This document shows positions 7,750 to 15,501 of a stretch of DNA of 15,501 nucleotides, in pieces (the first letter of the stretch is position 1; each line of letters opens with the position of its first letter). Location of the stretch: contig JAVHPP010000056.1 in NCBI GenBank assembly GCA_036170655.1, positions 1-15,501 on the forward strand, read 5' to 3'. The DNA comes from Candidatus Zixiibacteriota bacterium. Its GTDB lineage: Bacteria; Zixibacteria; MSB-5A5; WJJR01. Both the position numbers and the translations under genes were made by a program. Below the pieces are notes generated by a model. It worked only from the letters and a program-made list of their open reading frames with translations. It made no database searches and was not told the origin of the DNA.

Positions 7750-8490
7750 TCACTGCGGGTCGGCTGCGGTAACCTCGGATCCTTTCTCCGCGCGACCGGT
7801 CAGCCGGACGACAATTACCGAGATTTCGTAGAGAGCGTAGAGCGGCACGGCGAGCATCAGTTGCGAGAAAACATCCGGAGACGGGGTCGCCACGCCGGCA
7901 ACAATGAGAATTGCCACGACGGCGAAACGCCGACCCCGGCGCATCATGCCGCTGTTGATCACACCGATGCGGCCCAGGAAGAATGAAATGATGGGAAGTT
8001 CGAACACCACCCCAAAAGAGATGGTCATCCAGGCGACAAAACTGATGTACCGGCCGACCTGGATCATGGGTTGCAGTTTGTCGGTGGCGTACCCCATGAG
8101 AAACTCGATTCCGACCGGCAGCACGAAGAAAAAACAGAAGGCCGCGCCGGAGACAAAGAACACGGTGCCGAAAAAGACCACGGGAATCACGACGGCAATC
8201 TCTTTGGCATACAGCCCGGGAGCGATAAAACGCCATAACTGGTAAAGGATCACCGGCAGCCCCAAGACCAAACCGGCAAAGAGCGATAACTTGATTCGGA
8301 CAGAGAACGCTTCGCTGGGACCCATGAAGTAGACCTTGCCGATCGGCCGCGTGACCAGATCGAGCAGCCACTCACTGTAGAAGTAGGAGACGATGGACAG
8401 AATCAGAACGGCGGCAATCGCCTTGATCAGACGCCAGCGCAGTTCCTCTAAGTGCTCCCAGAAGTTCATTTCGCGTGGAACAGGGAACAT
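7750..8490 (-). CDS. tatC: Twin-arginine translocase subunit TatC, about 246 aa (start could also be 8469)
   Basis: EHLEELRWRL, P.EAF...IKLS, YQLWRFIAPGLY.KE, FGVVFELP, TPSPDVFSQL and LYEISV motifs, with about six hydrophobic segments. Confidence 0.95.
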   Translation of the reverse strand: MFPVPREMNFWEHLEELRWRLIKAIAAVLILSIVSYFYSEWLLDLVTRPIGKVYFMGPSEAFSVRIKLSLFAGLVLGLPVILYQLWRFIAPGLYAKEIAVVIPVVFFGTVFFVSGAAFCFFFVLPVGIEFLMGYATDKLQPMIQVGRYISFVAWMTISFGVVFELPIISFFLGRIGVINSGMMRRGRRFAVVAILIVAGVATPSPDVFSQLMLAVPLYALYEISVIVVRLTGRAEKGSEVTAADPQ

Positions 8491-8556
8491 GGGTTCATGA
8501 CCAGGGCTATGGCAAAGATACCAGGCGAGTGATGAAACACGAGCGTGGGCCAACGC

Positions 8557-9006
8557 CTACTCGAGCATGCGCTTCAATTCCTCAACAAATTGTGTCTTGT
8601 CCTGAAACTTGCGATAGACCGATGCGAAGCGGACATAGGCGACCTCATCGATTTCACGCAGGATGTCCATGACCGCTTCGCCGATCTGCTTCGAGTTGAT
8701 CTCCCCCTTGGACAGGGAGTAGATGCGTTTCTCGACGTCATCCACGATCGCTTCGATCTTCTTGACCCCAATGGGGCGCTTCTTACAGGCGAGGCGGATT
8801 CCCTCGATGAGCTTGCTGCGGTCGAATGGCTCCTGACGGCCATCGTTCTTAATGACCATCAGTTCCACTTTCTCAACATACTCGTAGGTGGTGAACCGTT
8901 CCTTGCAGCGCAGGCATTCGCGGCGCCGCCGCACGGCCGTCCCCTCGCGCACCGAGCGCGAGTCGACGACACGGTCCTCTTCAAACCCGCAAAATGGGCA
9001 TTTCAT
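8557..9006 (-). CDS. nrdR: Transcriptional repressor NrdR, 149 aa
   Basis: MKCPFCG...VVDSR...VRRRRECLRCKERFTTYE zinc ribbon, ATP-cone VIKNDGRQEPFDRSK, and DEVAYVRFASVYR. The ATG overlaps the upstream TGA (ATGA, 9006-9003). Confidence 0.97.
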   Translation of the reverse strand: MKCPFCGFEEDRVVDSRSVREGTAVRRRRECLRCKERFTTYEYVEKVELMVIKNDGRQEPFDRSKLIEGIRLACKKRPIGVKKIEAIVDDVEKRIYSLSKGEINSKQIGEAVMDILREIDEVAYVRFASVYRKFQDKTQFVEELKRMLE

Positions 9007-9872
9007 CTTCTGACCTTCCGGGCACAAACGACAATCCGGTCGCCTCTGCCGCACCCCGAAACCATGGCCGCCGAGCGCTGCCTTGCCGCCACTTCCAGTA
9101 GACCGAGACCATTGACCACGGCGCCGAGTCTGGCGCCGATATGATCGTAGCTGAGGACCAATGGGGCTCGCCATGCGCGCTGACCCGCGACAGCACTCCG
9201 TGGACTAACCGGCCTGGCCTGCTTCCCTGTGTTCCGAGCCGGCTCCACTTGAATCGTATCAGCCGCGCATGCTTCCATGGCCAGCGCCAACGGCACGTTC
9301 GTGATCAGGTTGCCGAAGTGATCGACGACCAAGATTTCTCCTTCGATGTGCGTGCCTTTCACGCGCGGTTCGGGCCAGGCCAGCGGGACCGGATCGGTAA
9401 TGGCCGGACCAAATGCCGCGGGATCAGCCCCAGCCGCCAGATGCGCTGCCGCCGGAGCAAACACATCCCGGCCAGCGAATGTAACGCCCACGGTCGCGAT
9501 ACGGTAGGCCGGATTTTCCAGCGCCTGGTAACGGGGCTTGCTCTCCCCGCGGAGAACCCATGACAGGAGCCCATTGTCAGGCGCGATAAAGGACGCGCGC
9601 GCTGTGGTGACCAGAAGCCCCCGTCGGCTACTGCCAACACCCGGATCGACAACCGCGACATGAATTGCGCCACGGGGGAACGATGGCACTGCCTGCAGGA
9701 GTGCCCATGCGCCGCGCGCGATATCATGTGCGGGAATGTCCGCGCCCAAGTTGAGTACCTCCGCCTCCGGACAGATGGACTTGATGACCCCGATCATTGC
9801 CCCGACAGTACCATCCGCCATGCCGAAGTCGGTGGTGAGAGTGATGAGGGGACGGGTGGGCATGGGCGGCAT
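9003..9872 (-). CDS. DUF62 / SAM-dependent chlorinase-fluorinase superfamily protein (SAM hydroxide adenosyltransferase-like); start 9872 or 9863
   Basis: ITLTTDFG, IHVAVVDPGVGSSRR, FIAPDNGLL, TFAGRDVFAPAAAHLA, VDHFGNLITN and N..GLLEVA motifs. Confidence 0.92.
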   Translation of the reverse strand: MPPMPTRPLITLTTDFGMADGTVGAMIGVIKSICPEAEVLNLGADIPAHDIARGAWALLQAVPSFPRGAIHVAVVDPGVGSSRRGLLVTTARASFIAPDNGLLSWVLRGESKPRYQALENPAYRIATVGVTFAGRDVFAPAAAHLAAGADPAAFGPAITDPVPLAWPEPRVKGTHIEGEILVVDHFGNLITNVPLALAMEACAADTIQVEPARNTGKQARPVSPRSAVAGQRAWRAPLVLSYDHIGARLGAVVNGLGLLEVAARQRSAAMVSGCGRGDRIVVCARKVRR

Positions 9873-9967
9873 GGTTTCTGCACTTGGTGTCGGCCAATAA
9901 AATAGCTAAATCCCATTGTCTGCGGGAGAAAAGCAGCGGTGGAAACTCCCAGCCCCTAAGGTGCACA

Positions 9968-10165
9968 ATGTATCTCGTGAACGACCAGCTTATTGCGGAA
10001 ATGGTAGACACCATCATCGCGGAGGTGATGCCAGATCGGATCTATCTCTTCAGCTCTCGTGCCAAGGGGTTGGCATCGGCAACTTCAGATGTTGATCTCC
10101 TCCTGATGGATCCCAGGAATCGTCGAGTAGATCAGGAGCCCTGCGCTCCTGACCTACCGGTCTGA
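9968..10165 (+). pseudogene. Truncated minimal nucleotidyltransferase (MNT, pol-beta superfamily; HEPN-MNT antitoxin-like), 65 aa
   Basis: PDRIYLFSSRAKGLASATSDVDLLL matches hhLFGSxAxG....SDhDhhh with G changed to S. Similarity stops right after the DxD motif. AAGGTG RBS precedes ATG 9968. Confidence 0.7.
10127..10157 (-). repeat. GTAG...CTAC REP-like palindrome overlapping the cutA stop codon
   Basis: Minus strand GTAGGTCAGGAGC-GCAGG-GCTCCTGATCTAC: a 13-bp stem with one G-U pair. Confidence 0.7.
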
Positions 10166-10480
10166 CATGTTGTCAATCCACCGCAAGTAATCATCCGCCC
10201 CATCCACAATCGGCAGCACGATCACCTCGGGGCAGTCATAGGACGAGAAGCCACGGATCGTGCCCTCCACCCTGTCCGTAAGTTCTGCGCGCGTTTTGAT
10301 GACCAGCAGCGCCTCTGTCATTTTCTCGACTTTCCCCTGCCAACGGTAAATGGAGGTGATTTTGTCGACGATGTTCACGCAGGCGGCGGCACCATCGGTC
10401 ACCAGGCGGACGGCGATGGATTCAGCTTCCGCTCGGGTCTTGCAGGTTGAGAGGACGACGGCGTATGCAGGGGTGGGCAT
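10154..10480 (-). CDS. cutA: Divalent-cation tolerance protein CutA, 108 aa
   Basis: AAACVNI...TSIYRWQGKVE...E.LLVIKT and SYDCPEVIVLPI..G..DYL.WI motifs. Confidence 0.95.
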   Translation of the reverse strand: MPTPAYAVVLSTCKTRAEAESIAVRLVTDGAAACVNIVDKITSIYRWQGKVEKMTEALLVIKTRAELTDRVEGTIRGFSSYDCPEVIVLPIVDGADDYLRWIDNMSDR

Positions 10481-10506
10481 GGTTGTATTGGGTCCGAGAG
10501 TGGTTC

Positions 10507-10530
10507 GGTCACGGCAAGCCGTGTCCCTAC
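10507..10530 (-). repeat. 24-bp GTAG REP-like element, copy C
   Basis: GTAGGGACACGGCTTGCCGTGACC, 22/24 identical to copy B. Its TAG is the stop of the MTH1187-family gene. Confidence 0.85.
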
Positions 10531-10832
10531 AGATTCAATTGATGGCCGAGTTGCGTTTCGATACTGGCGATCTTTGAGCAAATGCGGCCGAGTTCGTCGC
10601 CACGGTCATCGATGAGGATCTTCGACGTCACACGACTGTGTGATTCTTTCATCTTGGCATGGCATTTCTTCAAGAGATCGAAAACCTGGTCCGGTGTGCC
10701 CTCGAAGAGGGTGCCCATCGAAGTGAGCTGGTACTCCAGGCCGCTGGCGGCAATCATCGCAACAATCGGTGCGACTGCCTTGGACACCGATTCGCCCTCA
10801 CCCAGCGGTGAGATGGAGAAGAAGACCAGCAT
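10527..10832 (-). CDS. MTH1187/YkoF-like thiamine-binding family protein (DUF77), 101 aa
   Basis: MLVFFSISPLGEGESVS..VA......SGL.YQLTSMGT.FEG..DQVF...RV...I.IDDR pattern and typical size. Confidence 0.88.
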   Translation of the reverse strand: MLVFFSISPLGEGESVSKAVAPIVAMIAASGLEYQLTSMGTLFEGTPDQVFDLLKKCHAKMKESHSRVTSKILIDDRGDELGRICSKIASIETQLGHQLNL

Positions 10833-10858
10833 GGTATCACTCTGGAACAGTGGCTGAC

Positions 10859-10882
10859 GGGCACGGCAAGCCGTGCCCCTAC
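10859..10882 (-). repeat. 24-bp GTAG REP-like element, copy B
   Basis: GTAGGGGCACGGCTTGCCGTGCCC, with a perfect palindrome after GTAG. Its TAG is the glyA stop. Confidence 0.85.
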
Positions 10883-12150
10883 GCAATGCCTGATTTCTCT
10901 GTCTCCTGAAGACGTCGCGCATAAAGCGGGAAGCGTTGACACAGCGTCAGCACGTCCGCCGCCACTGCCTGTTCGACTGACGTATCACCGAGATTCGCGA
11001 TTATCCGGTGGATCAGATCGGCAATCGTGCGCATTTCCGGTTCCTTCATGCCACGGGTGGTGACAGCCGGTGTGCCGATTCGGATTCCTGACGTCGTCAA
11101 GGGTTTCTGCGGATCGAACGGGACCGTATTCTTGTTCACCGTGATGCGCGCACGGTCCAGCGCCTGTTCGACCGCTTTGCCGGTGATCCCTTTGTCGATG
11201 AACGACACGAGCATCAAATGCGTGTCTGTTCCCCCGGAGACCAGATGGTAGCCGTGCGTGGCGAGACGTTCAGCCATGGCCCTGGCATTGGCGACAATCT
11301 GCTTTTGGTACACCGTGAATCCCGGTTCGAGCGCCTCTTTGAACGCGACGGCCTTGGCAGCGATCACGTGCATTAGCGGCCCGCCCTGGATGCCCGGCAT
11401 GACCATTGTATCGAGGGCTTTTGCGTACTTCGCCTTGCACATCACCATGCCGCCGCGCGGACCGCGCAGGGTCTTGTGTGTCGTGGTGGTAACAAAGTCG
11501 GCAAGCGGCACCGGCGACGGGTGCAGGCCGGCGATGATCAGACCGGCGATGTGCGCGATGTCCACCATCAGGTATGCTCCCACCGCATCGGCGGCCTCAC
11601 GGAACCGGACGAAGTCCAGAACGCGCGGGTACGCCGAAGCGCCGGCAACAATCATCTTGGGCTGGACTTCTCGCGCACGCGCCAGCAGCGCATCATAGTC
11701 GATGGTCTCTGTCTCCTTCGTCACACCATAGTCGGACACTTGAAACAATTTCCCTGAGAAGTTCAGCGGATGGCCGTGGGTCAGATGACCGCCATGCGAC
11801 AGATTCAGCCCCAGGATGCGGTCGCCCGGCTGCAGCACAGTCAGGTAGGCCGCCATGTTGGCCTGTGAGCCGGAATGCGGCTGCACATTGACATGCTCGC
11901 AGCCAAACAGCTGTTTGGCCCGGTCACGCGCCAAATTCTCCGCCTTGTCGACGAATTCACACCCGCCGTAGTAGCGCCGACCGGGGTACCCCTCGGCGTA
12001 CTTGTTGGTCATGACGCTGCCAAGGGCTTCGAGAACGGCCTCCGATACAAAGTTCTCGGACGCAATCAACTCCAGATTCTCGGCCTGCCGATGGGTCTCG
12101 CCGAGAATCGCGGCGTACAGTTCGACATCGTATTGAGACAGTGCGCTCAT
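10879..12150 (-). CDS. glyA: Serine hydroxymethyltransferase, 423 aa (alternative start 12156)
   Basis: [44 protein letters not shown] and [14 protein letters not shown] (PLP lysine). AAGGG RBS spacing favours ATG 12150. Confidence 0.98.
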   Translation of the reverse strand: MSALSQYDVELYAAILGETHRQAENLELIASENFVSEAVLEALGSVMTNKYAEGYPGRRYYGGCEFVDKAENLARDRAKQLFGCEHVNVQPHSGSQANMAAYLTVLQPGDRILGLNLSHGGHLTHGHPLNFSGKLFQVSDYGVTKETETIDYDALLARAREVQPKMIVAGASAYPRVLDFVRFREAADAVGAYLMVDIAHIAGLIIAGLHPSPVPLADFVTTTTHKTLRGPRGGMVMCKAKYAKALDTMVMPGIQGGPLMHVIAAKAVAFKEALEPGFTVYQKQIVANARAMAERLATHGYHLVSGGTDTHLMLVSFIDKGITGKAVEQALDRARITVNKNTVPFDPQKPLTTSGIRIGTPAVTTRGMKEPEMRTIADLIHRIIANLGDTSVEQAVAADVLTLCQRFPLYARRLQETEKSGIA

Positions 12151-12310
12151 GGTCATCCCTTCACGAAATGATCGGTGACAAACCTCCTGCCGGACTTGAG
12201 ATACGATAGAAGCGCCGGGGGCGCAAGGGGTGACATGGCGGAAGTGACAGGAGGACGGACAGACCAGCGTCTTGACCCAACGCGACTGCGTCGGGCCACA
12301 GGATGATGTG

Positions 12311-12361
12311 ATGGGGAGAAATGGGAGGAATAGAAAGCATCCTTCCCATTCCTGCCATTCC
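12311..12361. repeat. Imperfect palindrome built from 9-nt units (consensus AATGGGAGG) between rpiB and glyA
   Basis: Forward units ATGGGGAGA, AATGGGAGG, AATAGAAAG (12311-12337); inverted units CTTCCCATT, CCTGCCATT (12342-12359). Confidence 0.6.
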
Positions 12362-12370
12362 TCGCGTCAG

Positions 12371-12838
12371 TCAGTGGGGCGTGTTTACGAAACCCGTGTC
12401 GGCGGCTTCGATGGAGTTGATTTTTTCGATGCGCTGCTCGTGGCGGCCACCTTCGAATGGCGTCGCCAGAAACAGATCGACCATCGCCCGCGCGTCGGTC
12501 TCGGAGGTGTACTTGGCCGCCAGAGTGAGCACGTTGGCATTGTTGTGCGCACGCGCCAACTTCGCCATTTCGAGGTTGAGCGCCATGGCGGCACGTATGC
12601 CGTGAACCTTGTTGGCGACAATGTTCATGCCGTTGCCGGTCCAACAGATGGTCAGACCGTAGTCTGCCTTCTTGGACGCGACGGCCTCGGCGACAGGCCG
12701 ACCGTAATCAGGGTAGTCCGTGGACACAGAAGAATTCGTACCGAAATCGAGGACTTCGATGCTCTTTTGCTTGAGGTATTCCTTCAAGCGTTCCTTGAGC
12801 TCAAACCCCTTATGATCCGCTCCTACAGCGACTTTCAT
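12371..12838 (-). CDS. rpiB: Ribose-5-phosphate isomerase B, 155 aa
   Basis: GADHKG, DYPDY, ICWTGNGM...ANK..GIRAA, ARAHNNANVL and FEGGRHEQRIEKI motifs. Confidence 0.95.
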   Translation of the reverse strand: MKVAVGADHKGFELKERLKEYLKQKSIEVLDFGTNSSVSTDYPDYGRPVAEAVASKKADYGLTICWTGNGMNIVANKVHGIRAAMALNLEMAKLARAHNNANVLTLAAKYTSETDARAMVDLFLATPFEGGRHEQRIEKINSIEAADTGFVNTPH

Positions 12839-12880
12839 CGGCTGACCCGCCTCTGCTCACAGTGCCGAATGACGGCTGAA

Positions 12881-12905
12881 GGCAAGGGCCTTAAAGCCCC
12901 TTGCC
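12881..12905. other. Intergenic hairpin 11 nt after the ilvE stop
   Basis: 8-bp stem GGCAAGGG/CCCTTGCC with no convincing U-tract, so more likely a stability or pause element than a terminator. Confidence 0.45.
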
Positions 12906-12916
12906 TGAATATCGTC

Positions 12917-13876
12917 TCAATGCGCGACCGCACGGGCGGGCTGGCGAACATTGACCGGAGTCAGCCAGTTGTAGCGGTCCGGAGCATCGCCCGAGAGGAT
13001 CGCGAAGAACTCCTTCTGCAAGGCCTTGGTAACCGGCCCGCGCCCACCGGCGCCGTTACCGATGCGAATCTTGTCGATTGAGGCGATCGGGGTAATCTCC
13101 GCCGCCGTGCCGGTGAAGAAAACCTCATCGGCGATATAGAGCGCCTCGCGGGGAACCTCTTCTTCGATAACTTTGATGTCCATATCCTTGGCCAGTGTGA
13201 TCACCGTGTTGCGCGTGATCCCCGGAAGAATCGACGATCCAAAGGGCGGCGTGATCAGGACGCCGTTTTGCACGAGAAAGATATTCTCCCCCGAACCCTC
13301 TGAGACATGGCCGCCGGTATCGAGCGCGATGCCTTCAACATATCCATGGCTGATCGCTTCCATCTTGATCAACTGCGAATTCATGTAATTGGCGCCGCAC
13401 TTGGCGATGGCCGGAAATGTATTTGGCGCCATTCTGTTCCAGGACGACACACAGACGTCCACACCCTTTTCCAGCGCCTCCTGGCCGAGATACTTACCCC
13501 AACTGTATGCCGCAATGGCGATCTCAATCGGACAGCCGAACGGATTGACCCCCAACTGTCCATAGCCACGATAAACAACCGGACGGATGTAGCATTCAGC
13601 GAGGCCATTGACCGAGATCAGTTCAAGGATCGCCTGGTTGATCTCCGCTGACGTGAACGCGATGTCCATCCGGTAGATCTTGGCCGAATTGAAGAGACGG
13701 TCCGTGTGCTCGTTGAGCCGGAAAACGGCGGGACCCTTTCGCGTCTTGTAGCAACGCATCCCCTCAAAAACCGAGGAACCGTAATGGACCACATGAGACA
13801 GGACATGAATGTTGGCATCGTCCCAGTCGACCAGTTCACCATTCATCCAAATCTTGTCGACCTTTTCCATTGCCAT
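12917..13876 (-). CDS. ilvE: Branched-chain amino acid aminotransferase, 319 aa
   Basis: [37 protein letters not shown] (PLP lysine), [15 protein letters not shown] and [16 protein letters not shown] motifs. GGGAGG RBS. Confidence 0.97.
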   Translation of the reverse strand: MAMEKVDKIWMNGELVDWDDANIHVLSHVVHYGSSVFEGMRCYKTRKGPAVFRLNEHTDRLFNSAKIYRMDIAFTSAEINQAILELISVNGLAECYIRPVVYRGYGQLGVNPFGCPIEIAIAAYSWGKYLGQEALEKGVDVCVSSWNRMAPNTFPAIAKCGANYMNSQLIKMEAISHGYVEGIALDTGGHVSEGSGENIFLVQNGVLITPPFGSSILPGITRNTVITLAKDMDIKVIEEEVPREALYIADEVFFTGTAAEITPIASIDKIRIGNGAGGRGPVTKALQKEFFAILSGDAPDRYNWLTPVNVRQPARAVAH

Positions 13877-14057
13877 GCGGGCCTCCCGGGTTTACGGATT
13901 GTCGAAGTGTGGATGTCTTCGCCATCCGCACATCTTCCATGATGATACTCCGGCACAGGGGGATTTCATAACGCTTTTTGCCTCTGACGGGACCTTTTGA
14001 CACACTGAGCCATGTAACACCACATGATGAATCCCGTTTGCGGAACGAGCCAGCGGC

Positions 14058-14081
14058 GGGTACGGCAAGCCGTGCCACTAC
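14058..14081 (-). repeat. 24-bp GTAG REP-like element, copy A
   Basis: GTAGTGGCACGGCTTGCCGTACCC, 22/24 identical to copy B. Its TAG is the guaA stop. Confidence 0.85.
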
Positions 14082-15501
14082 TCCCACTCAATGGTCGCGG
14101 GCGGCTTCGAAGAGATGTCGTAGACAACCCGGTTGGTGCCGGGGACTTCGTTGATGATGCGATTGGAGATGCGTCCCAGCAGGTCGGGGGGGATCTCGGC
14201 CCAGTCGGCGGTCATGCCGTCGGTCGAGGTAACCGCGCGGAGAGCGATAACCCGTTCATAGGTGCGTTCGTCGCCCATGACGCCTACGGACTTGATCGGC
14301 AAGAGGACACAAAATGCCTGCCAAATCTTGTCGTACCAGCCAGCGGCGCGCAATTCTTCGATATAGATGCGATCCGCATGGCGCAGCAGGTCGAGGTCGG
14401 GACGTGTGACCGGACCGAGAATGCGCACGGCCAAACCGGGGCCGGGGAACGGGTGACGCCCGAGGATCGGCGGCGGCAAACCGAGATGACGACCGACGGC
14501 GCGGACCTCGTCCTTGAACAGCCATTTCAGCGGTTCGATCAGTTGCAATCGCATGCGTTCGGGAAGGCCGCCGACATTGTGATGTGACTTGATCACGGCT
14601 GACGGACCATTCACCGAGACGCTTTCAATCCAGTCGGGATAGAGAGTGCCCTGTGCAAGAAAGTCAATATGCCCAATCCGTGACGCCTCCGCCTCGAAGA
14701 CATCAATGAAGAGTCCGCCGATAATCTTGCGTTTTCGCTCGGGGTCGGTTACACCATCGAGGGCGGACAGGAAGCGGTCGGATGCGCTGATCGTGGTAAT
14801 GTCCACCCCGGCTGCCGCGAGAGTGGCGCTGACTTCGCGCGCTTCATCATCACGCAACAGACCGGTATCGACAAACACCGGGTGAGACTGTTTGCCGATC
14901 GCCCGCTGCAGCAGAACCGCGAGGACAGCGGAATCGACACCGCCGGAGATTCCCAAAAGGACATGGCCGGCGCCGACCTGCCGTCGCACATCGGCGATGG
15001 CCTCTTCGGCGAATACCCCGGCATTCCAGCCGCCACGGCAATGGCAGATATCGTAGAGAAAATGCCGGAGAATGTCCGCGCCGTGGTCGGTGTGACTGAC
15101 TTCGGGATGGAATTGCACGCCCCAAAAGTTACGTGACGGATCGGCCACGGCCGCCGCGCGTACCGATGGTGTCGAGCCAATCACGGACATCCCAGCGGGC
15201 AGTTCGACCAGCGTGTCACCGTGGCTCATCCAGACATCGAAACCATTTGGCAAACCATCCAGCAGGACATCGCTGGCGTCATGCGAAAAGCGGGCCCGTC
15301 CGTACTCGCGAATCTGCGACCGTGCCAGCACGCCGCCGCGATGTTTCCCATATAGTTGCAAACCATAGCAAATACCAAACTTCGGGACCGGTGCATCGAG
15401 CAGATGCGCATCACAGGCGGGGGCGCCGGGCGTCGCGGCGGAGGCGGGCCCACCGGAGAAAATCAGCCCCTTGGCGGCATCCCAGTCGATCTCATCGGGG
15501 C
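14078..15501 (-). CDS. guaA: GMP synthase (glutamine-hydrolysing), 5' end outside the window
   Basis: The frame is open to the window edge (GLIFSGGPAS...FGICYGLQ upstream of the track's TTG). WMSHGD, QFHPEV, SGGVDS, QGTLYPD, IKSHHNVGGLP, RHPFPGPGLAVR and terminal KPPATIEWE motifs. Confidence 0.98.
   Translation of the reverse strand, partial: PDEIDWDAAKGLIFSGGPASAATPGAPACDAHLLDAPVPKFGICYGLQLYGKHRGGVLARSQIREYGRARFSHDASDVLLDGLPNGFDVWMSHGDTLVELPAGMSVIGSTPSVRAAAVADPSRNFWGVQFHPEVSHTDHGADILRHFLYDICHCRGGWNAGVFAEEAIADVRRQVGAGHVLLGISGGVDSAVLAVLLQRAIGKQSHPVFVDTGLLRDDEAREVSATLAAAGVDITTISASDRFLSALDGVTDPERKRKIIGGLFIDVFEAEASRIGHIDFLAQGTLYPDWIESVSVNGPSAVIKSHHNVGGLPERMRLQLIEPLKWLFKDEVRAVGRHLGLPPPILGRHPFPGPGLAVRILGPVTRPDLDLLRHADRIYIEELRAAGWYDKIWQAFCVLLPIKSVGVMGDERTYERVIALRAVTSTDGMTADWAEIPPDLLGRISNRIINEVPGTNRVVYDISSKPPATIEWE

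Noticed and set aside
7750..8490. tatC without adjacent tatA/tatB as a novelty
   Set aside because: Dispersed tat genes are common, and this cannot be judged from one window.
10507..10882. 24-bp repeats as a CRISPR array or integron attC sites
   Set aside because: Copies are separated by whole genes (0.35 and 3.2 kb), there are no cas or intI genes, and no RYYYAAC/GTTRRRY ends.
12157..12310. ZTP or other riboswitch upstream of glyA
   Set aside because: No ZTP consensus elements seen; only a weak TTGCGC-N17-TATCTC promoter-like match.
12625..12650. RpiB CWTGNG instead of the usual CGTGIG
   Set aside because: The catalytic Cys and Thr and the other motifs are retained, so there is no basis for a functional claim.
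13877..14057. Attenuator leader peptide for ilvE
   Set aside because: A hairpin exists at 13907-13931, but there is no short ORF rich in Leu/Ile/Val codons and no U-tract.
14058..14081. UAG plus hairpin as a pyrrolysine or readthrough signal
   Set aside because: GuaA ends at its conserved IEWE, and the other proteins are full length at the TAG, so it behaves as a true stop.

Overview
A GC-rich bacterial chromosomal segment with almost all genes on the minus strand. In transcription order (right to left): guaA (5'-truncated by the window edge), ilvE, rpiB, glyA, an MTH1187/thiamine-binding-family gene, cutA, a plus-strand remnant of a minimal nucleotidyltransferase, a DUF62 SAM hydrolase/halogenase-family gene coupled to nrdR, tatC, a cold-shock gene, and three protease genes (LonA-type, a TldD-family protein with a signal peptide, and a secreted M1 aminopeptidase with Ig-like and dockerin-like modules). 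The dockerin style suggests Zixibacteria/FCB (inference). The strongest signals are three. (1) The Lon keeps its Ser-Lys protease dyad, Walker A lysine and arginine finger but has lost Walker B DE, sensor-1 Asn and sensor-2 Arg, making it a candidate pseudo-ATPase subunit. (2) GTAG-tagged REP-like hairpins overlap the TAG stop codons of four genes, and all seven TAG stops in the window read GTAG. (3) The DUF62 protein has Ala in place of the catalytic-triad His. No rRNA, tRNA, CRISPR array or transposase was seen. All family calls are motif recognition by eye; no searches were run.
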